Shown piece by piece: positions 52,432 through 63,994 of a stretch of DNA of 64,000 bases (positions are counted from its first letter, which is position 1; the number at the start of each line of letters is the position of its first letter). A program made the position numbers and the translations under genes. Source of the DNA: Escherichia phage VEc20; sequence record MN022785.1, one strand, 5' to 3'. The notes under the pieces are model-generated. The model made no database searches. It was not told where the DNA came from and worked only from the letters and a program-made list of their open reading frames with translations.

Positions 52432-55400
52432 ATGGCCGAGATTAAAAGAAAGTTCAGAGCAGAAGATGGTCTGGACGCAGGTGGCGATAAAATAATCAAC
52501 GTAGCTTTAGCTGATCGTACCGTAGGAACTGACGGTGTTAACGTTGATTACTTAATTCAAGAAAACACAGTTCAGCAATATGATCCAACTCGTGGATATT
52601 TAAAAGATTTTGTAATCATTTATAATAATCGTTTTTGGGCAGCAACGGATAATATTCCAAAACCTGCTGGAAATTTTAATAGAATTCGTTGGAAAGCATT
52701 ACGTACTGATGCCGTATATACAACCGTATCATCTGGACCATATCAATTAAAATCCGGAGAAGCAATTTCAGTAGATACATCAGTTGGCAATGACATTGAG
52801 TTTACTTTACCAGCTTCTCCGCTTGATGGAGAAACCGTAATAATTCAAGATATCGGTGGAAAACCTGGCATAAATCAGGTTAAAATAAATTCTTCAAATC
52901 AGAGTATTGTCAATTTTAGAGGTGAACAGGTACGTTCAGTTTTAATGACTCATCCAAAGTCACAGATGGTATTCATTTTTAATAATCGTTTGTGGCAAAT
53001 GTATATTGCTGATTATAGCAGAGAAGCTGCGATTGTTACTCCATCGACTGCATATCAAGCACAATCTAATGATTTTATCGTACGTAGATTTACTTCTGCC
53101 GCGCCGATTAATGTTAAGCTCCCAAGATTTGCCAATCATGGAGATATCATTAATTTCGTTGATTTAGATAAATTAAATCCACTTTATCATACAATTGTTA
53201 CGACATATGATGAAACGACGTCAGTGCAAGAAGTTGGAACTCATTCCATTGAAGGCCGTACATCGATTGACGGTTTCTTGATGTTTGATGATAATGAGAA
53301 ATTGTGGAGATTGTTTGACGGGGATAGTAATGCGCGTTTACGCATTATAACAACTAATTCTAATATTCGTCCAAATGAAGAAGTCATGGTATTTGGCGCG
53401 AATAATGGAACAACCCAAACAATTGAACTTCAGCTTCCAACCGATATTTCCATTGGTGATACTGTTAAAATTTCCATGAATTACATGAGAAAAGGACAAA
53501 CAGTTAAAATCAAAGCTGCCGGTGAAGATAAAATTGCTTCTTCAGTTCAATTGCTGCAATTCCCAAAACGCTCAGAATATCCGCCTGAAGCTGAATGGGT
53601 AACAGTTCAAGAATTAGTTTTTAATGGTGAAACTAATTATGTACCAGTTTTGCAACTTGCTTATATAGAAGATTCTAATGGAAAATACTGGGTTGTACAG
53701 CAAAACGTTCCGACAGTTGAAAGAGTCGATTCTTTAAATAATTCTACTAGAGCAAGATTAGGCGTAATTGCTTTAGCTACGCAAGCTCAAGCAAATGTCG
53801 ATTTAGAAAATTCTCCACAAAAAGAATTAGCAATTACTCCAGAAACGTTAGCTAATCGTACTGCTACTGAAACTCGCAGAGGTATTGCAAGAATAGCAAC
53901 TACTGCTCAAGTGAATCAGAACACCACATTCTCTTTTGCAGATGACCTTATCATCACTCCTAAAAAGCTGAATGAAAGAACTGCTACAGAAACTCGTAGA
54001 GGTGTCGCTGAAATTGCTACGCAGCAGGAAACTAATACAGGTACTGATGATACTACAATCATCACTCCTAAAAAGCTTCAAGCTCGTCAAGGTTCTGAAT
54101 CATTATCTGGTATTGTAACTTTTGTATCTACCGCAGAAGCTACTCCAGCTTCTAGCCGTGAATTAAATGGTACGAATGTTTATAATAAAAACACTAATAA
54201 TTTAGTTGTTTCACCTAAAGCTTTGGATCAGTATAAAGCTACTCCAACGCAACAAGGCGCAGTAATTTTAGCAGTTGAAAGTGAAGTAATTGCTGGACAA
54301 AGCCAAGAAGGATGGGCAAATGCGGTTGTAACGCCAGAAACGTTACATAAAAAGACATCAACTGATGCAAGAATTGGTTTAATTGAAATTGCTACACAAA
54401 GCGAAGTTAATACAGGAACTGATTATACTCGTGCAGTCACTCCTAAAACTTTAAATGACCGTAGAGCAACTGAAAGTTTAAGTGGTATAGCTGAAATTGC
54501 TACACAGGTTGAATTCGACGCAGGCGTCGACGATACTCGTATCTCTACACCATTAAAAATTAAAACCAGATTTAATAGTACTGATCGTACTTCTGTTGTT
54601 GCTCTATCTGGATTAGTTGAATCAGGAACTCTCTGGGACCATTATACCCTTAATATTCTTGAAGCAAATGAGACACAGCGTGGTACACTTCGTGTAGCTA
54701 CACAAGTTGAAGCTGCTGCAGGAACATTAGATAATGTTTTGATAACTCCTAAAAAGCTTTTAGGTACTAAATCTACTGAAGCACAGGAAGGTGTCATTAA
54801 AGTTGCAACTCAGTCTGAAACTGTGGCTGGAACGTCAGCAAATACTGCTGTATCTCCAAAAAATTTAAAATGGATTGTGCAGAGTGAACCTACTTGGGCA
54901 GCTACTACTGCAATAAGAGGTTTTGTTAAAACTTCATCTGGTTCAATTACATTCGTTGGTAATGATACGGTAGGTTCAACACAGCCATTAGAATCATATG
55001 AGAAAAATGGTTATGCAGTATCACCATATGAATTAAATCGCGTATTAGCAAATTATTTGCCATTAAAAGCAAAAGCTGTAGATAGTAATTTATTAGATGG
55101 TCTAGATTCGCTCCAGTTCATTCGTAGGGACATTGCACAAACAGTTAATGGTTCACTAACCTTAACCCAACAAACGAATCTGAGTGCCCCTCTTGTATCA
55201 TCTAGTACTGCTACATTCGGTGGATCAGTTTCAGCAAATAGTACATTAACTATTTCTAATACTGGAACGGCAACTCGTCTGATTTTTGAGAAAGGACCTC
55301 AAACTGGAACAAACCCAGCTCAAACGATGACAGTCAGAGTGTGGGGAAATCAATTTAGTGGGGAATCAGACACAACACGTTCTACCGTATTTGAAGTTAG

Positions 55401-56301
55401 TGATGAAACGTCTAGTCATTTTTATTCTCAGCGTAATAAAGCTGGAAATATAACATTTAATATCAACGGTACAGTAACACCGATAAATGTTAATGCTTCA
55501 GGAACATTGAATGCAAATGGTGTAGCAACATTTGGTAATTCAGTCACTGCAACTGGTGAAATTATTTCTCGAAGCGCAAATGCTTTCCGTGCTATTAACG
55601 GAAATTATGGTTTCATTGTTCGCAATGATGGGTCAGTAACGAATTTTATGCTTACTGCATCGGGTGATCAAACTGGCGTATTTAATGGATTGCGTCCTTT
55701 AGCTATTAATAATGCATCTGGCCAAGTAACGATTGGTGAAAGCTTAATCATTGCAAAAGGTGCTACTATAAGTTCAGGCGGTTTAACTGTTAACTCGAGA
55801 ATTCGTTCTCAGGGTACTAAAACCTCTGATTTATATACCCGTGCGCCAACATCTGATACAGTAGGATTCTGGTCAATCGATATTAATGATTCAGCCACTT
55901 ATAACCAGTTCCCGGGTTATTTTAAAATGGTTGAAAAAACTAATGAAGTGACTGGACTTCCATACTTAGAACGTGGTGAAGAAGTTAAATCTCCTGGTAC
56001 ATTGACTCAGTTTGGTAACACACTTGATTCACTTTACCAAGATTGGATTACTTATCCAACGACCCCAGAAGCACGTACCACTCGCTGGACACGTACATGG
56101 CAGAAAACCAAAAACTCTTGGTCAAGTTTTGTTCAGGTATTTGACGGAGGTAACCCTCCTCAACCTTCAGATATAGGAGCGATCCCATCTGATAATGGAA
56201 TAATAGGTAATCTTACTATTCGCGATTTCTTGCGAATTGGTAATGTTCGCATTATTCCTGACCCAGTGAATAAAACTGTTAAATTTGAGTGGATTGAATA
56301 A
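52432..56301 (+). CDS. 34: long tail fibre proximal subunit
   Basis: 1289 aa; internal ITPKKL...ATETRRG.AEIAT repeats; matches T4 gp34 size and N-terminus. Confidence 0.9.
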   Translation: MAEIKRKFRAEDGLDAGGDKIINVALADRTVGTDGVNVDYLIQENTVQQYDPTRGYLKDFVIIYNNRFWAATDNIPKPAGNFNRIRWKALRTDAVYTTVSSGPYQLKSGEAISVDTSVGNDIEFTLPASPLDGETVIIQDIGGKPGINQVKINSSNQSIVNFRGEQVRSVLMTHPKSQMVFIFNNRLWQMYIADYSREAAIVTPSTAYQAQSNDFIVRRFTSAAPINVKLPRFANHGDIINFVDLDKLNPLYHTIVTTYDETTSVQEVGTHSIEGRTSIDGFLMFDDNEKLWRLFDGDSNARLRIITTNSNIRPNEEVMVFGANNGTTQTIELQLPTDISIGDTVKISMNYMRKGQTVKIKAAGEDKIASSVQLLQFPKRSEYPPEAEWVTVQELVFNGETNYVPVLQLAYIEDSNGKYWVVQQNVPTVERVDSLNNSTRARLGVIALATQAQANVDLENSPQKELAITPETLANRTATETRRGIARIATTAQVNQNTTFSFADDLIITPKKLNERTATETRRGVAEIATQQETNTGTDDTTIITPKKLQARQGSESLSGIVTFVSTAEATPASSRELNGTNVYNKNTNNLVVSPKALDQYKATPTQQGAVILAVESEVIAGQSQEGWANAVVTPETLHKKTSTDARIGLIEIATQSEVNTGTDYTRAVTPKTLNDRRATESLSGIAEIATQVEFDAGVDDTRISTPLKIKTRFNSTDRTSVVALSGLVESGTLWDHYTLNILEANETQRGTLRVATQVEAAAGTLDNVLITPKKLLGTKSTEAQEGVIKVATQSETVAGTSANTAVSPKNLKWIVQSEPTWAATTAIRGFVKTSSGSITFVGNDTVGSTQPLESYEKNGYAVSPYELNRVLANYLPLKAKAVDSNLLDGLDSLQFIRRDIAQTVNGSLTLTQQTNLSAPLVSSSTATFGGSVSANSTLTISNTGTATRLIFEKGPQTGTNPAQTMTVRVWGNQFSGESDTTRSTVFEVSDETSSHFYSQRNKAGNITFNINGTVTPINVNASGTLNANGVATFGNSVTATGEIISRSANAFRAINGNYGFIVRNDGSVTNFMLTASGDQTGVFNGLRPLAINNASGQVTIGESLIIAKGATISSGGLTVNSRIRSQGTKTSDLYTRAPTSDTVGFWSIDINDSATYNQFPGYFKMVEKTNEVTGLPYLERGEEVKSPGTLTQFGNTLDSLYQDWITYPTTPEARTTRWTRTWQKTKNSWSSFVQVFDGGNPPQPSDIGAIPSDNGIIGNLTIRDFLRIGNVRIIPDPVNKTVKFEWIE

Positions 56302-56309
56302 GAGGTATT

Positions 56310-57425
56310 ATGGAAAAATTTATGGCAGAGTTTGGACAAGGATATGTCCAAACGCCATTTTTATCGGAAAGCAATTCAGTAAGATATAAAATAAGCATAG
56401 CGGGTTCTTGCCCGCTTTCTACTGCGGGGCCATATGTTAAATTTCAGGATAATCCCGTTGGAAATCAAACATTTAGTGCAGGTCTTCATTTAAGAGTTTT
56501 TGACCCTTCTACGGGAGCATTAGTTGATAGCAAGTCATATGCTTTTTCTGCTTCAAACAATACAACATCTGCCGCTTTTGTCAGTTTCATGAATTCTTTG
56601 TCAAACAATAGACTTGTTGCTATATTAACTAGCGGAAAGGTTAATTTTCCTCCTGAAGTGGTATCTTGGTTAAGGGGAGCAGGAACTTCAGTTTTTCCAT
56701 CAGATTCAGTATTGTCAAGATTTGACGTGTCATATGCTGCTTTTTATACTTCTTCTAAAAGAGCTATTGCATTAGAGCATGTTAAACTAAGTAATAGAAA
56801 AAGCACAGATGATTATCAAACTATTTTAGATGTTGTATTTGATAGTTTAGAAGACGTCGGAGCTACAGGATTTCCTAAAAGAACATACGAAAGCGTTGAG
56901 CAATTTATGTCTGCGGTTGGAGGAACTAATAATGAAATTGCGCGATTGCCAACTTCAGCTGCTATAAGTAAACTTTCTGACTACAATTTAATTCCTGGTG
57001 ATGTTCTTTATCTTAAAGCACAACTATATGCTGATGCTGATTTACTTGATCTTGGAACTACAAATATATCTATTCGTTTTTATGATGCATCAAATGGATA
57101 TATTTCCTCGACCCAAGCTGAGTTTACTGGGCAAGCTGGGTCTTGGGAATTAAAAGAAGATTATGTAGTTGTTCCTGAAAATGCAGTAGGATTTACGATA
57201 TATGCACAAAGAACTGCCCAAGCAGGTCAAGGCGGCATGAGAAATTTAAGCTTTTCTGAAGTATCAAGAAATGGCGGCATTTCAAAACCTGCCGAATTTG
57301 GCGTCAACGGTATTCGCGTTAATTATGTCTGCGAATCGGCTTCACCTCCAGATATAATGGTACTTCCTACACAAGCCTCTTCTAAAACTGGCAAAGTGTT
57401 TGGGCAAGAATTTAGAGAAGTTTAA
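56310..57425 (+). CDS. 35: long tail fibre hinge protein
   Basis: 371 aa; synteny. Confidence 0.85.
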   Translation: MEKFMAEFGQGYVQTPFLSESNSVRYKISIAGSCPLSTAGPYVKFQDNPVGNQTFSAGLHLRVFDPSTGALVDSKSYAFSASNNTTSAAFVSFMNSLSNNRLVAILTSGKVNFPPEVVSWLRGAGTSVFPSDSVLSRFDVSYAAFYTSSKRAIALEHVKLSNRKSTDDYQTILDVVFDSLEDVGATGFPKRTYESVEQFMSAVGGTNNEIARLPTSAAISKLSDYNLIPGDVLYLKAQLYADADLLDLGTTNISIRFYDASNGYISSTQAEFTGQAGSWELKEDYVVVPENAVGFTIYAQRTAQAGQGGMRNLSFSEVSRNGGISKPAEFGVNGIRVNYVCESASPPDIMVLPTQASSKTGKVFGQEFREV

Positions 57426-57430
57426 ACTGA

Positions 57431-57448
57431 GGGAGCCTTCGGGTTCCC
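57431..57448 (+). terminator. hairpin GGGAGCC-TTCG-GGTTCCC plus T-run after gene 35
   Basis: seen in sequence. Confidence 0.5.
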
Positions 57449-57456
57449 TTTTTCTT

Positions 57457-57464
57457 TATAAATA
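57457..57464 (+). promoter_or_regulatory. late promoter motif TATAAATA upstream of gene 36
   Basis: exact TATAAATA about 24 nt upstream of ATG 57488. Confidence 0.55.
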
Positions 57465-57487
57465 ATATTAAAATAAAGGGGCATATA

Positions 57488-58138
57488 ATGGCTGATTTAA
57501 AAGTAGGTTCAACTGTAGGTGGATCTGTCATTTGGCATCAAGGAAATTTTCCATTGAATTCAGCCGGTGACGATGTACTCTACAAATCATTTAAAATATA
57601 TTCAGAATATAATAAACCACAGGCAGCTGATAACGATTTCGTTTCTAAAGCTAATGGTGGTACTTACACCGGTCCAATTACTATTAATTACGGGGTAAAT
57701 AGTTATCTTCAATTAAGTAATAATGAAACCCCCATTCGAATTCGTTCTGGTGGCGGTACCGGTAATACTCTTGTAGTTGGCGGCTCTTCCGGCGGTATTA
57801 GTTTTAGACCTGCAGGTAGTGAAATCACTACTGGACAAATTACTATTACACCAGAAGGTTTGACAACATTTACCAGGGCTGTAACGGCTCCATCGGTAAC
57901 TGTTACATCTACTCCTTCCGCAGCATCTGATGTTACTCGTAAAGATTATGTTGATGGAGCAATAAATACTGTTACAGCAAATGCAAACTCTAGGGTATTA
58001 CGCTCTGGAGACACTATGACAGGAAATTTAACTGCGCCAAACCTTTTTTCACAGAATCCTGCATCTCAACCTTCACACGTTCCACGATTTGACCAAATCG
58101 TAATTAAGGATTCTGTTCAAGATTTCGGCTATTATTAA
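57488..58138 (+). CDS. 36: long tail fibre distal connector
   Basis: 216 aa; synteny. Confidence 0.85.
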   Translation: MADLKVGSTVGGSVIWHQGNFPLNSAGDDVLYKSFKIYSEYNKPQAADNDFVSKANGGTYTGPITINYGVNSYLQLSNNETPIRIRSGGGTGNTLVVGGSSGGISFRPAGSEITTGQITITPEGLTTFTRAVTAPSVTVTSTPSAASDVTRKDYVDGAINTVTANANSRVLRSGDTMTGNLTAPNLFSQNPASQPSHVPRFDQIVIKDSVQDFGYY

Positions 58139-58146
58139 GAGGACTT

Positions 58147-61100
58147 ATGGCTACTTTAAAACAAATACAATTTAAAAGAAGCAAAACTGCAGGTCAACGT
58201 CCTGCTGCTTCAGTATTAGCCGAAGGTGAATTGGCTATAAACTTAAAAGATAAAACAATTTTCACAAAAGATGACTTAGGTAGTGTTATAGAATTAGGTT
58301 TAAAATATGGAGGAACAATTGATGGTTCTTTAACTGTTAATGGAAACATAATTGGAAATTTAACAGGTAACGCTGCAACTGCAACGAAATTAAAAACAGC
58401 ACGAAAAATTAATGGTATATCCTTTGATGGGTCAAAAGATATCACGCTAACTCCATCTGACATAAATGTCAATAGCACAACGTTTATAAAAAATAACGGC
58501 GAATTACCTGTTGATGCTAATTTAGATGAGTATGGGCCTGTTGAAGAATATCTTGGAGTTTGGTCGAAAGCAACTTCAACCAACGCTCAACCAGCAAATA
58601 AATTTCCAGAAGAAAATGCTGTAGGTGTTCTAGAAGTATTTGTGGCCGGTCAATTTGCTGGTACTCAGAGATATACAACTAGATACGGAAATGTTTATAT
58701 TCGTTCCTTGACTGCTACATGGAACGGAGTAAACGGTCCGTGGAGTGCGTGGCGAAATATTCAATCTGGTACTCGTCCACTGTCAACAACGATTGATCTT
58801 AATGATCTAGGAGGCGCTGAACACCTTGGTTTGTGGCGAAATAGTTCAAATTCCATTGCTACCTTTGACAGAAATTTCCCAGAAGAAGGATCGTCAGCTC
58901 AAGGACTTTTAGAAGTATATGAAGGTGGAAACTATTCTCGCACACAGAGATATACGACCAGATTTGGTGTTGTTTATACTCGCTGTCTTGCTGCTGCATG
59001 GGATGCATCTGCACCTAAATGGGGACCGTGGCAACAAGTCGGTAATGTCACACCGGCGACTTTCTATGACGGAGACCTGAATGATTTTAAAGCTCCTGGG
59101 TTATATAACATTTTAGGCACTGATGCCGTTATTAACTGTCCTACCGGTGAAGGTTTGCCGACTGTTATTGTTGGTTTGCTGGAAGTTAAACAGCGTGCTT
59201 CTGGCGGTGCTATTTTCCAAAAATTTACTACTGCCGGAACGGGTGCAACTACTCGCGATCGTATTTTTGAGCGTGCATATACTGGTGGTGTGTGGGGTGC
59301 ATGGAACGAAGTATATACATCTTATTCCCTGCCAATTACTTTGGGTATGGGTGGTATTAAATCTAACTTAGCAGAGTTAGACTGGCAAACATTTGATTTT
59401 GTTCCTGGTAGTATGTTTAGCGTTCCTTTGAACAAAATAAAGAACATGCCAGCTAATATGGATTGGGGTACGATTGACGGAAACTTAATTATGTTTTCTG
59501 TTGGTCCTAGCGAGCACACCAGCACAGGACGTACTGTTCAGGTTTGGCGTGGTACTGTATCCCAGACAAACTACCGTTATTTTGTCGTTCGTGTATTCGG
59601 TAATTCAGGAAATAGAACTTGCACAGTTCGTCGCGTTGTTCTTGAAGATGGTCGCCACAAATGGACAGCGCAACAAGATTTTAATGGCGCAGTTAACTTC
59701 GGTGCTCCTACCAATTTTAACTCTACTGTTAACCTTAATAACACTACCACTTTTAAAACAGAAGTTAAATTTCGCTCATTGAATGCATTCCGTATGTATG
59801 GCGGAAAATTTGGTACAATTTTCCGTAATGATGGAGAGAGTCTTTATATTCTTTCCACCGACGAAGATGATCAAGATGGAAACTTTAATAAAAATAGACC
59901 TTTCCGCTATCAATTAAAAACTGGCGATGTTACTTTGGGTGGCACTAGTGGTGCTAACGTTTTAAAATTAAAACGTGATTCTCTCACCGCATTTTTTGGT
60001 GGTGATATTAACATGAAAGGCTTGATGACTTTTGACGCCGGACGTTTAGGATCACGAGATTATTTTAAATTTAACCATTGGGGTGATAGTAATAATGCGC
60101 GCGATAACATTATTCAGTTAGAAGACAGCAAAGGCGTTCATTTTTCCACTGAACGTACTTTAGCGACAGGTGCAATTAAAACTAAATTTTTTGGTGAAAC
60201 CTTCACTGACGGTACATTATACCTAAATCAGATGAATAATAGCTCTGAACGATTCTCTATCAACAATTGGGGAAATTCAGAAGTTGGACGCGCGGCAATC
60301 TTAGAAATCAGCGATTCACAAGGTTATCACTTCTATACGGAACGTAGAACAGATGACAGTTTGGTGTTTGATATATCCGGTGCGTTGACCGTGCGTGGAC
60401 CTAACGGAATAACCGTCAAAAACTCAACTGGTGCACGCCATATCTGGTTTAGAGATGATAGCGAAACAGAAAAGGCTGTTATTTGGGTGACCGATGATGG
60501 TATTTTACATATACGAAATAATCGTGGGGGTTCATTTAGTCATCACTTCCAAGGTGCAATGATTAAAGCGGGAGAGCGTGTTCCTTATGCCGGAGATCAA
60601 GGGCTTATTCGCGGTGAAGTTTCTGGTGGTGCATGGGTAGACTGGCGAGATCGTCCGGCTGGATTGTTGGTAGACTGTCAGGACTCACGAAGTCAAGCAT
60701 ATAACATTTGGAAAGCTACTCATTGGGGCGAACAGCACCTTGCGGCGATGGGTGTTCATGCTGGCGGTGGTAATCCTCATGTTGTATTGCATGTGGGTGG
60801 GAGTGATTATGCATTTGCATCTAACGGTGATTTTACTGCTGGTGCTGCTGTATATTGTAACGACGTTTATATTCGTTCTGACCGTCGTCTGAAAAATAAT
60901 GTTGAAGACTACGAAGAGAATGCGGTGGATAAGGTAAATAAACTCAAAGTTAAAACCTATGATAAAGTTAAATCTCTTTCTGACCGCGAAGTTATCGGCC
61001 ATGAGATTGGTATTATCGCACAGGATTTGCAAGAAGTATTACCGGAAGCTGTTAGCACTTCTAGTGTCGGATCTCAGGATAACCCAGAAGAAATTTTAAC

Positions 61101-61230
61101 AATTTCTAACTCTGCTGTGAACGCGCTTTTAATTAAGGCTATCCAAGAAATGAGCGAAGAAATTAAAGAATTAAAAACGCCTTTCTTCACTAAAATTGCT
61201 CGCAAAATTAGTAATTATTTTAAATTCTAA
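58147..61230 (+). CDS. 37: long tail fibre distal subunit with C-terminal intramolecular chaperone domain
   Basis: 1027 aa; last 117 aa carry S-D-R-R-L-K...[15 protein letters not shown]...LLIKAIQEM signature. Confidence 0.9.
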   Translation: MATLKQIQFKRSKTAGQRPAASVLAEGELAINLKDKTIFTKDDLGSVIELGLKYGGTIDGSLTVNGNIIGNLTGNAATATKLKTARKINGISFDGSKDITLTPSDINVNSTTFIKNNGELPVDANLDEYGPVEEYLGVWSKATSTNAQPANKFPEENAVGVLEVFVAGQFAGTQRYTTRYGNVYIRSLTATWNGVNGPWSAWRNIQSGTRPLSTTIDLNDLGGAEHLGLWRNSSNSIATFDRNFPEEGSSAQGLLEVYEGGNYSRTQRYTTRFGVVYTRCLAAAWDASAPKWGPWQQVGNVTPATFYDGDLNDFKAPGLYNILGTDAVINCPTGEGLPTVIVGLLEVKQRASGGAIFQKFTTAGTGATTRDRIFERAYTGGVWGAWNEVYTSYSLPITLGMGGIKSNLAELDWQTFDFVPGSMFSVPLNKIKNMPANMDWGTIDGNLIMFSVGPSEHTSTGRTVQVWRGTVSQTNYRYFVVRVFGNSGNRTCTVRRVVLEDGRHKWTAQQDFNGAVNFGAPTNFNSTVNLNNTTTFKTEVKFRSLNAFRMYGGKFGTIFRNDGESLYILSTDEDDQDGNFNKNRPFRYQLKTGDVTLGGTSGANVLKLKRDSLTAFFGGDINMKGLMTFDAGRLGSRDYFKFNHWGDSNNARDNIIQLEDSKGVHFSTERTLATGAIKTKFFGETFTDGTLYLNQMNNSSERFSINNWGNSEVGRAAILEISDSQGYHFYTERRTDDSLVFDISGALTVRGPNGITVKNSTGARHIWFRDDSETEKAVIWVTDDGILHIRNNRGGSFSHHFQGAMIKAGERVPYAGDQGLIRGEVSGGAWVDWRDRPAGLLVDCQDSRSQAYNIWKATHWGEQHLAAMGVHAGGGNPHVVLHVGGSDYAFASNGDFTAGAAVYCNDVYIRSDRRLKNNVEDYEENAVDKVNKLKVKTYDKVKSLSDREVIGHEIGIIAQDLQEVLPEAVSTSSVGSQDNPEEILTISNSAVNALLIKAIQEMSEEIKELKTPFFTKIARKISNYFKF

Positions 61231-61236
61231 CAACAA

Positions 61237-61249
61237 GGGGCTTTGCCCC
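61237..61249 (+). terminator. GC hairpin GGGGC-TTTG-CCCC between genes 37 and 38
   Basis: seen in sequence. Confidence 0.4.
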
Positions 61250-61262
61250 TTTGGAGAAAATT

Positions 61263-62063
61263 ATGGCAGTAGTTGGAGTTCCTGGCTGGATTGGAAGTTC
61301 AGCCGTAAATGAAACGGGTCAGCGCTGGATGAGTCAAGCAGCTGGTCAATTAAGATTGGGTGTTCCTTGCTGGATGAGTCAATTTGCAGGTCGCTCAAGA
61401 GAAATTATTCATACACTTGGAGCAGACCATAACTTCAATGGTCAATGGTTCCGAGATAGATGTTTTGAGGCCGGTAGTGCACCTATAGTGTTTAATATTA
61501 CAGGTGATTTAGTATCATATTCTAAAGATGTTCCTTTATTCTTCATGTACGGGGATACGCCTAATGAATATGTTGTTCTTAATATTCATGGTGGTGTTCA
61601 TATGTGGGGTCGTGGTGGTAATGGTGGATACACTCACTCGGGAGGCGACGGTAACGGTACACAAGGTGGTCATGTTATTCAAAATGATATCGGTGGACGG
61701 CTTCGTATTTGGAACTACGGTGTTATAGCTGCTGGCGGTGGCGGCGGTGGTGGTATTGCATATCGTCCACACTCAGGGGCAAACTGGCAAGATATCGGTG
61801 GCGGTGGTGGTCGACCTTTCGGTGGCGCTGGCGGTGGCGGTTATTCCGGTGGTGCTGCTTCGTATGAAGGTCCGGGTGGTGGTTATGACTATGGTAACGC
61901 ACACTCCGGCGCTGGTGGTAATGCTGGTGCTGCTGGTCAGAATGCATGGTCTGACGGCGGTAAAGTTCTTAAAGTTGGTGTTGGTGGTGCGTCTGGTCAT
62001 GCAGTGTTTGGATCTTCTCCAACTTGGGGTGTTGTTGGAACAATTTACGGACCAAGAGTATAA
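61263..62063 (+). CDS. 38: gp38 tail-fibre adhesin with glycine-rich motifs (T2/T6 type)
   Basis: [30 protein letters not shown]-terminus; central poly-Gly islands separated by short variable segments; GGAG before ATG. Confidence 0.8.
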   Translation: MAVVGVPGWIGSSAVNETGQRWMSQAAGQLRLGVPCWMSQFAGRSREIIHTLGADHNFNGQWFRDRCFEAGSAPIVFNITGDLVSYSKDVPLFFMYGDTPNEYVVLNIHGGVHMWGRGGNGGYTHSGGDGNGTQGGHVIQNDIGGRLRIWNYGVIAAGGGGGGGIAYRPHSGANWQDIGGGGGRPFGGAGGGGYSGGAASYEGPGGGYDYGNAHSGAGGNAGAAGQNAWSDGGKVLKVGVGGASGHAVFGSSPTWGVVGTIYGPRV

Positions 62064-62093
62064 TGTGAATAAATACCCTTAAAAGGAGGGTCT

Positions 62094-62750
62094 ATGGCAG
62101 CACCTAGAATATCATTTTCGCCCTCTGATATTCTGTTGGGTGTTCTAGATCGCTTGTTCAAAGATAACGCTACCGGGAAGGTTCTTGCTTCCCGGGTAGC
62201 TGTCGTAATTCTTTTGTTTATAATGGCGATTGTTTGGTATAGGGGAGATAGTTTCTTTGAGTACTATAAGCAATCAAAGTATGAAACATACCGTGAAATT
62301 ATTGAAAAGGAAAGAAATGCACGCTTTGAATCTGTCGCCCTGGAACAACTCCAGATAGTTCATATATCATCTGAGGCAGACTTTAGTGCGGTGTATTCTT
62401 TCCGCCCTAAAAACTTAAACTATTTTGTTGATATTATAGCATATGAAGGAAGATTACCTTCAACAATAACTGAAAAATCACTTGGAGGATATCCTGTTGA
62501 TAAAACTATGGATGAATATACAGTTCATTTAAATGGACGTCATTATTATTCCAACTCAAAATTTGCTTTTTTACCAACTAAAAAGCCTACTCCCGAAATA
62601 AACTACATGTACAGTTGTCCATATTTTAATTTGGATAATATCTATGCTGGAACGATAACCATGTACTGGTATAGAAATGATCATATAAGTAATGACCGCC
62701 TTGAATCAATATGTGCTCAGGCGGCCAGAATATTAGGAAGGGCTAAATAA
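62094..62750 (+). CDS. t: holin
   Basis: 218 aa; N-terminal TM segment VAVVILLFIMAIVWY; matches T4 holin T from memory. Confidence 0.9.
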   Translation: MAAPRISFSPSDILLGVLDRLFKDNATGKVLASRVAVVILLFIMAIVWYRGDSFFEYYKQSKYETYREIIEKERNARFESVALEQLQIVHISSEADFSAVYSFRPKNLNYFVDIIAYEGRLPSTITEKSLGGYPVDKTMDEYTVHLNGRHYYSNSKFAFLPTKKPTPEINYMYSCPYFNLDNIYAGTITMYWYRNDHISNDRLESICAQAARILGRAK

Positions 62751-63023
62751 TTATTTGTTCGTATACATCTCTAAATATCGATATACACTCTCAAAACCCT
62801 CGTTGAATTCGTCGATGAGGGTTTTCTTATCTTCTTGAGTTAATTCAGAAACAATTTTACGGAATGAATTCTGATTTAACTTTCTACCTTCATGCGTTAC
62901 TCCAATCTCATTCAGAAATGCAATAAAATTAGCACGATTTTCAACAATATCTTCTCTGGAAAATTTAATCAAAATAGACGCAACAGTAATAATTTCACGA
63001 ACTGTATCAATGTTTTTATTCAT
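62751..63023 (-). CDS. asiA: anti-sigma70 factor
   Basis: 90 aa; MNKNIDTVREIITVASILIKF... matches T4 AsiA from memory. Confidence 0.9.
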   Translation of the reverse strand: MNKNIDTVREIITVASILIKFSREDIVENRANFIAFLNEIGVTHEGRKLNQNSFRKIVSELTQEDKKTLIDEFNEGFESVYRYLEMYTNK

Positions 63024-63035
63024 TAACTATACCAC

Positions 63036-63188
63036 TCAATTAGTTGACTTTGTTATAATATCATCAGACACTTGATTTGTAAACTGGTCTGTGTTATTTT
63101 CTTCAAAAATTTTTTCTACGAATTCCTTGAACGACTCACGTTCCTGAGCTACATTATGCTCGATTACCTTTTCAAGATTATGACTCAT
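63036..63188 (-). CDS. small acidic protein, below track cutoff
   Basis: 50-codon ORF hand-translated (MSHNLEKVIEHNVAQERE...). Confidence 0.3.
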   Translation of the reverse strand: MSHNLEKVIEHNVAQERESFKEFVEKIFEENNTDQFTNQVSDDIITKSTN

Positions 63189-63463
63189 TCGAAATAATCT
63201 TCAATTTCGTAATCATGGACATAAATCATTATAGTTTTTAATACATCATCAATACTTTTTCCTGGAGCTGGAATTACGTAAAAATATCCTGCTTTTGAGA
63301 GGTCTTTATAAGTTCCAACCAAGAAATCATTATTCTCGAGATGTAATTCTTCAACTAATTCATTAACAATTGAATGGTATAAATTTGGTAGAAACTTATA
63401 TAGCTTTTCTAGAATATCAATTTTGATTGTATATTGAACCACAGATTGAGAATCAATAATCAT
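63185..63463 (-). CDS. arn: possible Arn anti-restriction protein
   Basis: 92 aa, acidic, located beyond asiA as in T4; length matches T4 Arn from memory, sequence not verified. Confidence 0.4.
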   Translation of the reverse strand: MIIDSQSVVQYTIKIDILEKLYKFLPNLYHSIVNELVEELHLENNDFLVGTYKDLSKAGYFYVIPAPGKSIDDVLKTIMIYVHDYEIEDYFE

Positions 63464-63546
63464 AGACCTTCCCCTTATGTTTCTGTTTGCGATTAGATTC
63501 TTTAAACGCTTTCTTCTTATCCTTATGAACAGAAGCTTTATTAAAA

Positions 63547-63765
63547 TTATGTTTTGCGACTAAATTGTTCATAGTGCTGAATTACCTCTCTCAAACATTT
63601 GCATGTGAATGAAAACTTTTTAGCTACACCACATTCAAATATATGTTCTCTTAAATCACGTGTGTCAGTATATCCCATCTCAACAATAAAATGTCGTATT
63701 AGATTTTTATCTTTATCATTGAGAGAATTAAAATAATCGGATTTTGAATTAATTTCCCTGGCCAA
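63547..63765 (-). CDS. hypothetical protein with CxxC...C motif
   Basis: 72-aa ORF. Confidence 0.4.
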   Translation of the reverse strand: MAREINSKSDYFNSLNDKDKNLIRHFIVEMGYTDTRDLREHIFECGVAKKFSFTCKCLREVIQHYEQFSRKT

Positions 63766-63994
63766 ATTGAATCACCTTCAGTTGACGTTTTAGTTCTTTT
63801 ATCATTTCTTCATTCATCGCAATATAAAGATCGCGTAAAGCGGGTTTTAACATTCCATTTACTGGAGAACTAAATGGACATACATAATCTTTTCCTACGA
63901 GCTTTTTAGTGAATTCCATATTACAGAACTGAAATGCCGGTTCATTAGCATAAATTCCCCAATTGGTTGACATCATTTTATTGGCATATTCCAA
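63749..63994 (-). CDS. hypothetical protein
   Basis: 81-aa ORF. Confidence 0.4.
   Translation of the reverse strand: MEYANKMMSTNWGIYANEPAFQFCNMEFTKKLVGKDYVCPFSSPVNGMLKPALRDLYIAMNEEMIKELKRQLKVIQFGQGN

Noticed and set aside
61723-61947. His/Arg-rich minus-strand ORF (74 aa) and neighbouring minus ORFs inside gene 38
   Set aside because: Antisense artefact of the GGT/GGC-rich glycine-repeat coding sequence of gp38; extreme low complexity.
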